DNA of 63,174 bases, the filler included, from Diploschistes diacapsis (lineage: Eukaryota): the NCBI GenBank assembly GCA_023645945.1. It is 22 parts of 22 records of this genome, joined end to end, with 100 filler letters (N's around TTAATTAATTAA, not from the genome) between each part and the next. Parts side by side here need not be neighbours in the genome. Positions count along the whole stretch, not along the records: positions 11,365 to 13,155 come from JALAIB010002619.1; positions 13,256 to 36,798 come from JALAIB010000262.1; 20 more parts are not named here. The stretch is one strand, 5' to 3'. The notes below the pieces were generated by a model. The model was given only the letters and a program-made list of their open reading frames with translations, was not told the DNA's origin and searched no databases. Every line of letters starts with the position of its first letter. The first letter of the stretch is position 1. The position numbers and the translations under genes are program-made. Below are positions 12,736-25,483 of this stretch, piece after piece.

Positions 12736-12870
12736 GGGCTCATAACCTGTTGAAAGTGGTGGAAGTTCCTAATATAAATGACAAATGACTAAGTGTATTC
12801 CGCAGCTAATCCTAACTAGGAAATATTCCTAGCCTACCTAACCTGCTGAGCTGACTATTATTCAGTAATA
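12736..12870 (-). mobile_element. Copia LTR family C end with intact PBS GGTTATGAGCCC
   Basis: Minus strand reads ...TTTCAACA-GGTTATGAGCCCGG. The same LTR sequence occurs at 56159-56280. Confidence 0.7.
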
Positions 12871-13817
12871 ATATATTGAAGTAGGTGAAAGTGATAACTA
12901 TGAAAGTTGAAGAATAAGAGGCCTTTTATAGGCACATTTCACGCTAGTATAATTAATAATAATTTAATCTAAAATATTTTATATATTAATAAGCCGAATA
13001 TTCTAGAATATTCTAGAATATTCAATAATATTCAATATAGGCTGGCCGTCACTGACACTGACACGGCCGTGTCAGTGACACGGATATTAATAGTGTTAGT
13101 ATCCGTATTTTAGATTTTTTAGCTGCGGTATCCGTGTCCGTGGATTCACGGAAGTNNNNNNNNNNNNNNNNNNNNNNNNNNNNNNNNNNNNNNNNNNNNT
13201 TAATTAATTAANNNNNNNNNNNNNNNNNNNNNNNNNNNNNNNNNNNNNNNNNNNNGGGGAGGGGAATGAATGAGGGGATCATGTGCAATATTCCTTCGGC
13301 CGGTTATTGCATGATGCAGAAAATGCTGGTTCCTCAGGTTACTGTACCGAAGCATTTCTAGAACTACTTGGGAGGGACCGACGAGGGCTCCTCCCCCTCC
13401 GGAAATTAGGTCGTATCAAAGAGCTGGGGTCTGTGGCTGCGATGATAGAAGGAACATCGATGCTCTCGGCTTCCTGCATAGTGAGTGACTCGTGGACGGA
13501 CTTTGCACCTTCTGTAGCGTGGAAGCGGAGGGCGTCCTGAGGGCATGGCGTGCCGCATTGCGAACATAGTGGTGCACTAAACAGCTAGGAGAGAGGCAAG
13601 TGGCGAAAAGGGAAGCAGTGATTGTCATAAGGAGAGACCATTGGGGCATGAAGCATGCATCAAGAACCATGTACACGACCCTGGGCACAACAAAAGACAG
13701 AAACCCACACCGCACCGCACCACAACAACTCACAAGCCTCCGCGATTTTGAAGGTGTCCCCCTCTCAACAAGCAGACAAAATCGCTTCCTCCATGCCGCA
13801 GTTTCCAAGGTCGCCAC

Positions 13818-15108
13818 TCATCCATCGTAATGCTTGCGAGCGAATCCAAGACGGGGCTGTTCGTTCAAGGCGTGCTCGTAAACAGTGAAGGTAGTCTTCA
13901 GGAAGGGAGCGCCGAGGCTGATTCGGTCGGTGTCGAGGTCGTCCTTGTGTCGTCCCTGTAGAAGTGCCATGCAGGCCACACCACCGCCTTTTCCTTCGAG
14001 AAGGATTCCTGGAATCTCGGCCGTGTAGTTGTGAACTTGTATTGTGACGTCCGGGAGTGTTTGACCGCATGGATAGTACCATTTCGCCCTTACTTCAGAG
14101 TAATAAGCGCCAGGTACTTTGTCAAAGTATGCGGTGGCCATCTTGTTGGGGAGAAACAGACAAGTCGACCCAGTGTCTACAACACCGTTGGCAACAATTG
14201 ACTCCATGTTCCCACCGGCAAACGACCAGCCTGTCACAGCAGTCTGCCATACATAACCGCTGCTGTCATTGACGGTCGGAAAGTAGGCCAGAGACGCGGT
14301 TGGAACGACTGAGGGCACGTAGCCGAAGGTGATGAAGCCTGGCACTTGGTGGTTGAAGTGCACCGTGAAGAGGGGAGATTCGAGGTGGGGTCGCACTCTA
14401 TCGAAGAACGCCCTCTTCAAGGGTGAAGTAGCGTCCCAGCGGGAGGCAAAGCCCAATCCCAGAATGCCGTCAGCAGGGTCCAAGGTAAAATCATTGTTCG
14501 CTACTTGCGCGTAACCGACAGGCTGAAGGGGGGCCACCAGCTCTCCAATGCCGACTTGATCCTGGTACATGCTGCCATAACATGCTGATCCGTCCACGTA
14601 GCTAATATTGAAGCTTTCGCCTTCCAAGTGGCGCGAGGTAGTCGACAGCAACGGGTCGTAAACATTGCCGTTGCGTCCGGGGGGGGAGGAAAGATTTGAG
14701 TGAACCCATCTGATTAGATTTAGCCTTCTGCCGTATAAAGGGAGTCAGCGAACAAAGACGACAGAGAACTTACAGATCATCAGATCCGGTATCCAAAAGA
14801 AGCTGAAGCATCTGTCCACCGACGCTCACCGGAGACAGGTATTCGCTCTCAGACTGAACAGGGACGGTTGTTACATTGGCGCGCTGATGTTCGACCCAGA
14901 GGCCGTGTCCACCGTGGTTGCGAGTTTGGAGCTGGGGAGCGCCAAACTCACCCACGGCGAGGTTCTCTCTGCCGAATGGTGGTTTGATAGGAGATGCCTT
15001 TGACTCAGCAAACGCCAAAGCGGCCAAGGTTAAGAATGCTGCAGCCATGATGACCATCACGATCCAGTTATTGAGACGTGACAAGATGGATTGGAATCGA
15101 GAGGCCAT
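13818..15108 (-). CDS. Secreted pepsin-like (A1) aspartic protease, aspergillopepsin/penicillopepsin type; exons 15108-14774 and 14709-13818 (about 408 aa; alternative starts 15057, 15048)
   Basis: Hydrophobic signal; two catalytic motifs DTGSDDLW and DTGSTCL; DGILGLGF; a 64-nt GTAAGT...CAG intron restores the frame. Confidence 0.9.
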
Positions 15109-16790
15109 TACGAATAAGTGGGTTTCCTGCCGCTGCTGCTAACTATTGGTTGCTCGAGCGCCCATGTTTTTCGCTCACGATAGGTGCGATCCGTAGCTCG
15201 GCGCCCGTCAAGCACATTCGCTCCAAAGTTTGGCTTGAAGCACCATTTAACTGAGGTGCTGGATATTATACCTATATTTACGTTATACGATTGTATACCA
15301 AACCCCTTTAGTTAGAATTGTAGCCTATCCTCCACCCAACTAATAAAGCTGGATGGGAAATGGAGATCGCTTTGTAGAAAGTACCTACGAGGAGCTTCCT
15401 CCACGTGGTAAATGGGGCAATCGCTGCTATTCAGCGATGAATAGCAGATGTTGAACAGCATCAAATGTCTTGAAAAATCGTTGCAAACGGTTAGGTATTG
15501 ATGATGGTGGACTTGGGAGCACCTCCAGCCGTTTATCCGCACTATCCGGGCAAGATTCTCACCACCAGCCAGCCGACCATACATCAACTTCAGTAATATC
15601 TCATATTAGCATAAGTAAAGCTCGGAACGACGAAAGGAGACCAAGCAATACGCCGAGCTCCTCCTCTAACCTTCAGCTAATGAATAGCGGCAGGTTTCAA
15701 CTGACCAACAGAATCACGGTTGACTCGAGCGCTCAAAGAACCTCATGGAGCCATATGCAAGAACCACAACTCGACGACACGAGCACGTGAGCAATACAAG
15801 AAACAAGTTGTAATGAATAATGATAAAATGTGCGAATAACGGCAGCGCGCGTAAATTGTCTCGCAAAGCACTAAAACGAAAAGCCGGAAAGAAGGGTGTT
15901 ATTGGTAGATAGGCTTGAAACAACCCCTGCACCTTTCACCTACCGTCTCCGATGCACAACGCTTCTTCCCAAGCCTTCGAGTACTACTGAAGATCCTGCA
16001 GGTATCAGGTCTTTCATACGACCACAGGACCGACCAGAGCGGAAGGCAAGCGGAGCGCAAAAGGGAGGTGCGGAGAAGTGTTCTTTCCCACTTTGATAAC
16101 ACACATTTCTGACGGGCCTTTGATGGTCTTCGACAGTTTATTCTGTAGAATAGGATATCGTAACTGACTGCTGCGTGATGGGTACACGTAGTTGGCTGGG
16201 CCACCGTTGATAAGATGCAGTTTGAAGGAAAAGATGGAAACGCCGAGAGCTAGAATAGTATGCCGTAGGGCTGAAAGAGCTTCCTTATGTCGGATCTGCC
16301 TGTGGTTTCACTACCGAGTTAAGCCTTAAACCCGAAAAGCTTGGTAGTAGACTTTTATTTGTAAATCTGTATCGAATCACATGCCTCCTTAACCTCGCGC
16401 AAGCGGACTCTTACTTTTACTCAGATCATCATGAAGCCAGGACACATAAATTTTGATTAATTTTCAACTTTTTATTAGATCCTCTAGTACCTAGTCTGGA
16501 CCATCTCCAAGCACCGATTTCTATCGCAACATTAAAGCGTGTTGGTACCTCCTTTTCAACTTCCCCCACCTAAAACTGGGTGCCAGATAAGATAACTCTT
16601 TTCGTATTATTATTACACTGATCTCAAGCTAGCCTAACCAGAAATAGGGCAACAATGAAAGAGCTAAAGTATGTTGAGGTGAAAGAAAGCTTAAAAAAGC
16701 TAAGTGTCAAGGGCTTTTGGAGTAGTAAAGAGCCCAAGATTCGACATCATAATTTGTTATCCTATTGCGCACATGAGGCGGAGTGCCCCT

Positions 16791-19700
16791 TCAAGAAGAG
16801 TCCTTGAACCTCTTGCGTCCACGAGAAACCTCCTGAGCTTGTTCCGAAGTGACTGGAGTCTCGCCTTCCCTGGCAGTGCTTGCATTAGAATTGGCCTGTA
16901 GCCTCCCGTACATCTCAGCGGTGAGCCAATTAGGAATCTGATGAGTTTGTTTCTTGCGATTATAGTTTTGAAACAAGTGATTGACGGGCGCATCCATTTC
17001 GTGGTTGCGACGAAGCTCCTCCTCGTCCTTAGGGGACCACTTGGAGGCCTGCAAGCCCGCGGGCTTGATTGGCTTCTCCTTGAAGCCTGGAGGTGGAGCA
17101 CAGATCGGAACAGCGTGTGTACGAGGCTTAGTTTCCTCGGCCGGAGGGTTTGTCTCGCTCTGGATCTCGACTTGTTCCTTTCCTGCGCCCTCATCTGCAA
17201 TGGAAGGTTTGTTTGGCTCGGTATTGGTTGTTGAGGGATTCGGGATACCGACGACGGACGAAGGCTCTCCCATTTCCTCAAGCAGAATCTGAGAGTCTCG
17301 CTTCTCTTGTGGAATATCTGCCTGTACCCGTTGACTAGCCATTAGCTGAAATTCAGGTTCGCTTTTCTTGCGTTGTCCAACAGCTGGCTTTTCTGGCTCC
17401 TTGACCCTCATGGTCTCCTCTTTCTCATCTGGTGCCAGATGACGAAGGTGAGGCGGCAAGTCGTTCACTGGAAGACCGACTAAATGAGGCGGAATTCGAT
17501 CCTTCGCATCGATTGGCTTGTTCTGAACCTTGAACGGCGACTTTGGAGACATGGCTGGAGATGCAATCTTGCTTTGCTTTGCTGTTCCTTCAACTCCCCT
17601 TGGCTTAGCGAAAGGATTGATAAACGGCGAACTCTCTGCCCTATCTTTGAGTGAGCCCTCTTCAGAATCTTTGCGCTTTTCACTTTCGTACTTAGCTCTA
17701 ACCGCCTTTATTATATTGGCAACTGTGCAAGGCTCCCCCGGAAGGTCGTTCGGATGAATGGAAACTGTTCGAGAATTGGACTTGAAAGATGAAGAAAAAG
17801 AATCCAGCTTGTAGTTGAGTGAGACAAGCTCTTTGGGCCCATACCTCTTGGGTTGAGGAGGTTTCACAGTGAATTGAGCCGTTTCGGGCTCAGTGCTTGC
17901 GCTACTGGCTGTTCCTGTGTCATCGTTGATTGATTTAGCCTTCTTGACATACAGAATACGACCTCCAACATCTTGGGCATGCAAGCCTTTCTTGGCAGCT
18001 TTTGCTTGTCCTGCAGTCCTCATCGTGACATAGGCGGAGCCACGCGACTCGAGAGTGTCGCGAGTTTTCTCAAGCTCGCAATGCTCAACTCCACCGAATT
18101 GCGAAAACAAGCGGGCTACACCAAATTCTGTGAGCTCAGGATGAAGCCCAGAAACATAGAGGCGACTGCTAGCATTGGTGGTTGACGGGTTTTTTGGTTC
18201 CATCTCCGCTCGGCGAAGAAGAGAACCAAACTGAGCACCAGGTTTTTCCAAACGATCTTCTGCGAGGGCGGCTTGGGCACCCGCGTTCGACTGCAGAGGG
18301 CTCCACTCGAGCAAGTCTGGCTGCTCTTGAGCCATGGTTTCTGCCTTGCGATCGAGTGAAACATTATCGATAGCTCGACAAAGTGATTGTTGCGGTGTCC
18401 AAAGCGTATACTGGTTCGGTACGTTAGATGCAGCTTCGTGTTGTGCATTGGAGATATCTCGAAGACCAAGTCTAGGCGTTGTACCTAAAGCAGCTGCAAG
18501 TTCGCGCTTGAGCTCTCGGAGCTTGCTATACGCATGACGCTGGTGGCTTTGAGTTGCAGGCCCAGGGGTGTTGTTTGCGAGAAGAGAGAGGAAATATTCT
18601 TCGTGGGCGATATCTTCTTCGATCAAGGTGGGGCGACGGGTGGCGACCGAGCTTCGACTGTCTAAGAGGCTCGCCTCCGCCTCGATCGACATCATCGTTT
18701 CCCGGATGTTATCTGTTCCGTCAGATTCCGCATACTTTCTTGAAGAGGGTCGAATTCCTACCATTCATGATACTCTCAGCCCCTTGTACGATTTCCGGAA
18801 CGGCCGCTGCTGAAAGGGTCGCGACAGTTCCTTCTCCGGACACGGACACATCGGGACCTTTCCCAGAAACTTCATTCTTGACCATTGGAACGAATTCGGT
18901 TGCCTCAACAGTTCCTCGTTCGCCAGTGATTTCCGTCTCTTCGTTCATGCTACCCTGAACGTGCTCTTTCTTGACGTAGGCTGCTTCAGTTTTCTGTTGA
19001 GTTGTCTTTGGATTCACCATTGCCATAAAGGCGTCTGCCGATAGAAGGCTACCAGCTGAACTGACAGGCCCCCATGGTTGCGCCGATACTGTCCTACCCT
19101 TGACGTCGTGTGCATGTCTCTGACCTTCCGCCCGAGAAGTGCTCTCATTAGGAGGAGGTTTGCCAGCGTTTTTTTTGGCAGTTGGATTCCTCACAGGAGC
19201 CCGCGCAGGCGGCGCTGGATCCACTTTCCTTGAGACTGGCTCGTGCGGTGGAGCTGCACCCGTTAATCCTCGCATCCTTCGAGGCATTTCCAGCCTGCCC
19301 CGATCATCTATTTCAAGTCTTGCTCGGCTAGCACGCTTCCTGCCAACGGCTCCACCGCCGCGGCCACCTCCCCCAGCGCGACCGCCACGCACCGCCTGGC
19401 TATCGCGCCGTGCTGCTTCCCGTTCGGTGAAATTGTCACTGTTGACTCCGTGAATCCTTTGGTTCAGACCAGCACGGTGAGACTGTCCGGCGGTACCGTC
19501 ATCGTCGCTGACCTCCTCTTCTTTCATATCTACGTGTTATTAGCGAGTAAATCTTCCGTATGAGGTAAGAAAGTACGAACTTCCCCAGGCTGCAAGAGCA
19601 GCATCTTTCTCAGGGTTTACCCATCCGTCCTGCACTTGTAGCGAAGCTCGCATAGCAGACAACGAAGCTGCATCGATAGGTGGCGCAGGTCTACCAGTGT

Positions 19701-19907
19701 CTGCGTTTCTGATGTGGAACGCACGTTGGTTGCCAAGGTCAGCCTTTCGAAAAGACAATTAGTTCGAGCTGCAAATACTACCGGGTTGAACTTTACCATT
19801 AACGCCTGGGAGGTGAGTCTCTCACTCCTTTCCTGACTTGTTTCTCTTGCCAGTTCCTGGTTCCAGCGGCTGTCTTGAAGACCGCCCCTGGGAATCTTGC
19901 CCGGCAT
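16791..19907 (-). CDS. Large, mostly disordered RNA-binding protein with one RRM and an RGG tract; exons 19907-19797, 19743-19581, 19529-18762, 18712-16791 (about 987 aa; start uncertain, alternative 19925)
   Basis: RNP2 LYVSGL and RNP1 RGSAYVTM. Three 49-53-nt introns with CTAAT/CTGAC branch sites join four ORFs in frame. Confidence 0.8.
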
Positions 19908-20986
19908 ATCTGTTGGTGCACGCATAGCGTGAAAGCGAGGCGTATAATAATCGGTAAGGCAAGCATGCAAGCTTGTCGTAGTAGTCTATTTGAATGTTTA
20001 TTTTGATTTCCTTAGCTTGCTTCGAATTTCGAACAGCTTCAGTATTTGAGGTTGCGGCTTTTAAGAAACGAAAGGACTTTCGGGGCAAACTTGAAAGAAA
20101 CTTCTTTGGTGTAGCGTTTGTGCATGGAAAGATGAAAGAAAGTCATGTGAATAAGAGAGCTTGAAGGCAATCGCAGCCCAGGATGGCTTTGAGAAAGGTG
20201 AGCTGCTTGATCTGGCCTTCTCAGTTTCCATCAAAGTGCAGTGAGCATTAAGGGAGAGAGGGATGGAAGAGACGAGATCTCCGGGCAAAAGATTTATAGA
20301 ATCCGCAAGAATGACACACGGTCCGAGAGATAAACGTGTATGAAATCGTGATTGTTATGATGGACGCCGTCGCGGCGACAGATATCAACACTATACTTTT
20401 TCACCCCAGCGATGTCTCCCGTAAAACTCCGTGCCTTGCAAGAAAGGAGATTTTTCGTTGGGGTCAGCGAAGAAAGGTATGTAATTGATTTACAGTCTCC
20501 CGTTTTGGCTAGGCTAGTTATAATCGTTTAGTGAAGGACAGTTTTAGAATGGAAGACGGTGTTGGACCGGGCATTCAAGAGATGAAAGTCAACATCCGCT
20601 GGCAGTAAGTTAGCATGAGATCAGTACGATTAAACTAGGGCGGAGTCCTCTTTCAGCTGCCTTTCTATGCTTATGACAGCCTATTCCTCCATTGCTCGAT
20701 GTTTTGTACAAGGGCTCTCAGATTAGCTTGAAGCACCTCACCTATGGTCCAGCCCCTCTTCAGCCAAGAGAACGAAGATGCTATGAAATATCTTCTACAC
20801 ACCTTGTAGCATTGGACATATAGCTTCAATTCCTTTGCCCCTTCTCTGCCACGGAGGAAGGTCGATGCATCCCCTCGAGGGGGCCACGGCATCCTACCTC
20901 AGATTCACCCACAAGCTCAAGATGCACACCAATGCACAGCGAAGCACTCAAACAAACCAAAAAGTCTTTGTGCTCTGCCATCCATC

Positions 20987-23270
20987 TTACGAGCACGTTT
21001 CACCCTTCGTCCCCTCCCTCAATCCCGCCATCTTCCCCACCGTCAACACCGTGCTGATTCCCATAACCGTCACCCCAAAGCACACAACTCCCCACGCCAA
21101 CACAGTCTTCCAGCTCCTTGTACTCAGCCGGATATAACATAAAGGCGGCAGGATATACGCTAAAGCACAGGCACTCGTGGCGCCTATCAGCTCAAATACG
21201 GCTCCGAGATCACAGGTTAGGAGGGAGAGGAGGGTGGCGGAAAGGACGAGGGCGGTTGTCATGATAAGGTGGCGGGGTGTGCTATGGGGGGAATGCGGGT
21301 AGAAGTAGGTGAGGAGGACCTCACGACAGACGAAGGTTTCGAGGGGAAGCGTGGTCAGCATGTTGAGGCCAAAGCAACTGCGGAGGGGTTAGCGGAGGCA
21401 AGGAGGGTATAACGGGGCGAAAGTGATCTCAGGGCTCATGCGGAAAAGAGGAAGAGGGAGAGAGGTGGAAGGAAAGTAGTGGGAAACAGTAAGAGAGCAA
21501 AAGTGTGGCGTTGGGCAGGGCGATATTGGGAGCCTGCTTACAGTCGTGCTATATTGACCATGACATTGTCTGCCGGAAAGTTGTTGAGCACATTCCCCAG
21601 CGTCTTATCGCCGAATGTGAGGAAGCCAGCGAGGGCCATTGCAAGACAGGCAAGCATCGAAATGCCAGTGCTGTAGTGCGTGACCCTTGCAAACCGGTCG
21701 ATGGTCGGCTTCTTCAAAGAGCCGTAGATGAGGAGGCTGTTGTGATCTACACATCCCATATTAGAAACGTTCTATGTGGTCCTTGAAGTCATCGGCTCTC
21801 ACGGCAAACGAAAGCTAGACCAAACGTTAGCGGGACCTCTCATGTGCCCAAGCAGGAGACGCTCACCAAATGAAATAACGCCAATGGCCTGGAAAATGCC
21901 GCCTTTTATGCCTAATGAGCCCACTATGGGCCCTTTCATTTCCGGATCTACCTTTGCGCCTTGAGTGATGACCGTTACTATTATTACAAGCATGCTGATC
22001 AACGCCAACGTAGATGCTTTCGCTAGCTGCGAGAAAGTCAGTATCCCCGACAGACGGCCAAAGCGATACGGAACTCCGATGAACTTACTTTTGCAATATC
22101 CCTATATAAAGAAAGTGGATAACTTATTCCCAAAATGAAAAGCACAATGATAAACCTCCTATCCGAAAAGACCCACAGCAGTGGCGTCTCCGGCAGCTTG
22201 GGCGCGATAGCCGTAAGTACATGCGGAATCGTATCTCCCACGATCACACAAAAAGCCACCATGCCTCCGAACGCAAACACCCACTGCGCGACAGAAATGG
22301 CAATCAGCCCCGGCTTCCCAAAGCAGTGCTCCATTGTCGCTTGGAACGTGTTTGCGCCGCTAAGCTTCGAGTTGATCACGATGAGCCGTATCGTCCAATC
22401 GACGGTGATGGTAAGCCCCACGAGCAGTACGATGCCTGCCATCAGCCCGGCCTGCCGGAATGCGTATGGCTGCCCGATGATGCCCGCACCGATGATGCTG
22501 TTGGCCATGTTCATGAAGGCGCTGCGCAGTCCGCTCTTTGGCCGTCGCGCCTCACGCTCCCAGTCGTACTCGCCATCGCCCTCCTGCCAGCCTTCTTCCG
22601 AACCTTCGTCCATGTCAAGAGCAGCCGTTACGCTACCGGCTTCCATACCCTCGAGTAGTCTCTCCCTTCCCTCGCTGAGTCTCCCTCCTGAGCTAGGGAC
22701 GTCGCTGGCGTCGCCGAGCGGGTCTCCATCGTCGAACCACGCCCGTACGGGCGGGCTTCTACTTGGTGAGGTAGCGCCGCCGTTTATGCCTAGCCCACCA
22801 TTTGGATGTAATCCCCCATTTATGCTCTTATGCGGATATGCTGGGTCTGAGACAGGAGACGGCGGCGTTGAGGCGATGGTGGGCGAGAGGTCAAAACGCA
22901 CTCTGTTTGCTGTCCGCGGCGTTTTCGGAGCATTGGGTGAGCGCGGACGAGTGAGGGAGGAGTGGCGATGCGGTGGATGTCCTGGGCGAGGCGATGACGA
23001 GGCGGAAGAGGGGTTGTGGCCGGGAGGTTGGGGAAGGACCTTACTCCCGGAGGAGGGCACGCTTGTGGTGGGTGAGGAATTGGCGGTTATTTTGATGTTT
23101 GGCGGTATTGAGGGAGGAGGGCGAAGTGTGCGGACAGAAGATTCTTGCGCAGTGAAGTTATTGCCGTGGTCGGGGCCACTGAGGTCATGGCCGCCCTCTG
23201 AGAGGAGGAACTCGGCTTCTTCTTGTGCGGCGCCATTGAAATTGGGACTTGGACTTGGAGAGGGTGTCAT
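20987..23270 (-). CDS. AVT2: Aa_trans-family (AVT2/SLC38A11-like) vacuolar amino-acid transporter; exons 23270-22089, 22026-21867, 21814-21803, 21746-21542, 21377-20987 (649 aa)
   Basis: AFMNMANSIIGAGIIGQPYA, RDIAKLAKAS, ISFAFVCHHNS, NMLTTLPLE; many transmembrane segments; all introns canonical and frame-consistent. Confidence 0.88.
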
Positions 23271-23776
23271 GGCCGCATCATTGGCAAGTAACCTAGAACA
23301 CGGTCGTTGACAGTTGCAAAGCCGGATACAGGCACTGCAGGCGACGGATCTGAAATTGAAGACCACTTTTGAAGGGGCTGTAAGATGATCATTTCAGAGC
23401 TGATGCCAGATTGTTGCTTACAGGTCGCAATCGGCGCAGAGGCTCGCGCCGCAACGTTAAGAGCGGAATTAGGTATTGGCGGTGGATGCTTGGCAACTAA
23501 TATTGGATCCTGAAACTGGTTGTTGTATCTACTCTTCCCAATTATATAGCACGGTTTTATTCAAGGCGATATTGAAGGCTTTCAACCATTTTTCTTTACC
23601 TCGTGTGCAACTAACTCTAAGTCAGGACCCTGCCAAAGCCCCTGCATGTCAACTATGCCAAACCTTTGGCCAGTATCCGCTCGAATGCAACAGCCTTTCC
23701 TCCCAGTATAACACGCAATGCAGGCATTTTGGGTATCGGAAAACAAACGAGCGCCAGAGTTAACCGACGTAAAGAT

Positions 23777-25483
23777 TCATTTATGGAACATCATCATGAA
23801 AGAAGTGATGAATGTCAGGATATATAAAACAAGGGTGTCTGATTGCATTGCAGATGCTCCGGACTGTACACTAGTGCTGGCCGATGGCGAGGCCGCTACA
23901 GAGCCAGATGCTGATTGGCTTGACGGCGACGGCTGGACGCCGGTCGCTTGCGACGAAGCCGTGGCCGCCGGAGCAGTGCTACCGGACGATGATGCGGATG
24001 AAGTGCTAGCGGTAGATGAGGTAGAGCTACCGCCGGAAGAAGGGCCTTTCGCACCGAAGCCTGTTGATCCGTCAGTGACCAAATATCCTTGAGGTTTCCG
24101 TACACTCCTTACCGACGCGATTCTTGTCCACATCGAAAACAGTGTAGACGTTCTTCATGAAGGTGTCTCCAAGAAGCCATGTCTTATTGTCCACTGCAGC
24201 TTGACTGAAAATGTTGCTCTGACATTGCCCACCAGCAGTCGAAGGACCTACGTAGTCCTTGGGTGAGATGCTATATGCCACGTTATTGAAGACGAGAGCA
24301 ACTTCAATGCTAGTATTGCAGGGCAAGGTCGATACATCATTGTCCGAAAACGCAGCACCCGGTATCAGCTGGAACAAGGCTTCCGCATCGGCTGGTGGCA
24401 GGAACATGTAGCTCGTGCCACTATCGATAATTGCGCTCCGACTATTGAGCAAAGAGGACTTGCCGTTGACTGAGAATCCATCTACGGGGATTTGCCATAA
24501 CCCACCGCTCTCGATGTTGTCCATATAGTTCAAGTTGCCACTGAACTTTGCTGCATCATTGGATTAGGCGATTACGTGACTACGGCAGATAGTTCTTACT
24601 TGTGTCGATGCCCCCAAAGTTGATCTCTCCATCGTTCGTGTCGTCTGCGGCTCGCTCCAGGTTCATGCCAAAGATGTTTGACTTTAGGACTTTATTCTGT
24701 TGCAGCATCTGTATAAAGGTTGGCTGGAAAAATCCTGCGCTGGGCTTTTGACCTAACCCAAGGATGCCGTCCATTGGGTAATCGTCGAACGCATCCGAGG
24801 TTCTGTTCGCGAGACCGAATTGCATCTTAACATTTATTCCGCCTAGGCTGACGGTGTCCGTGACAACTGGCCCTGAAACATCTCCTGTGCTGTACGAAAT
24901 ATTGAAAATGCTAGAACCTTCAACTAGAGTCCTCGAATTTGCTGGACCGAAGGTGCTATGAGACTTGCAGGCCGTTGTAGTACATCCTTGCGCCATGACC
25001 CAAACAGCTGACGAACCAGTATCCATCAAGAGATAGACGGTCTCTCCGGGGCCCGTGCCGAGCTGGACTTCGCAGAAATAGCTCGTGTCGCTGTCATCTT
25101 CGTCGACGGCGGCACTTTGTGGAAGGGTCGGGTTTTTCGAATCATCGACCTGAAACCCATTGAGGCGCTTTCGCAACGCATGTTCCTCCCTTTGAGCCTC
25201 GCGAGCCGAGAATTTGAATGACGGGCGTGCATGCAAGCCGGCCCACCAACCATTAGTCCTAAGCCAAATCATCTTCTTGATAGACACAGCTTACAGGAAC
25301 GGTACGCTTGTGGAGTCTGGCTCGAGCAAGTCCATCCTCGGAACCTTGCGCAATCTTCGTGCTATGTTGCACGCTCTTGTCAGGCACGGTTCGTTTGTAG
25401 CTTGGTGGGGTGTACGGGTAGAATGCAGCTGATAGATGAGAGAAGAGAGTCAGAAAAACTAGGACCGCGATGTGGGAACGCAT
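23777..25483 (-). CDS. ctsD: CtsD-like aspartic endopeptidase with Ser/Thr-rich stalk and hydrophobic C-terminus (probable GPI or membrane anchor); introns 24551-24599, 24061-24112 and one starting at 25294 with an unclear acceptor
   Basis: Signal peptide; MDTGSSAVWV and IIDSGTSY motifs; WLLGDTFMKNVYTVFD; S/T/A-rich tail ending LVLYILTFITSFMMMFHK. Confidence 0.85.

Noticed and set aside
18713..18764. Programmed frameshift between overlapping ORFs 18721-19527 and 16791-18764
   Set aside because: A 49-nt GTAGGA...CTGAC...CAG intron explains the frame change.
21378..21541. Longer 164-nt intron as a snoRNA host
   Set aside because: Mostly a pyrimidine tract; no well-placed C/D or H/ACA boxes seen.
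22135..23310. 391-aa plus-strand ORF, and similar antisense ORFs over the catalase, MetRS, LST8 and MED1 genes
   Set aside because: Shadows of GC-rich coding sequence on the opposite strand; no recognisable motifs.
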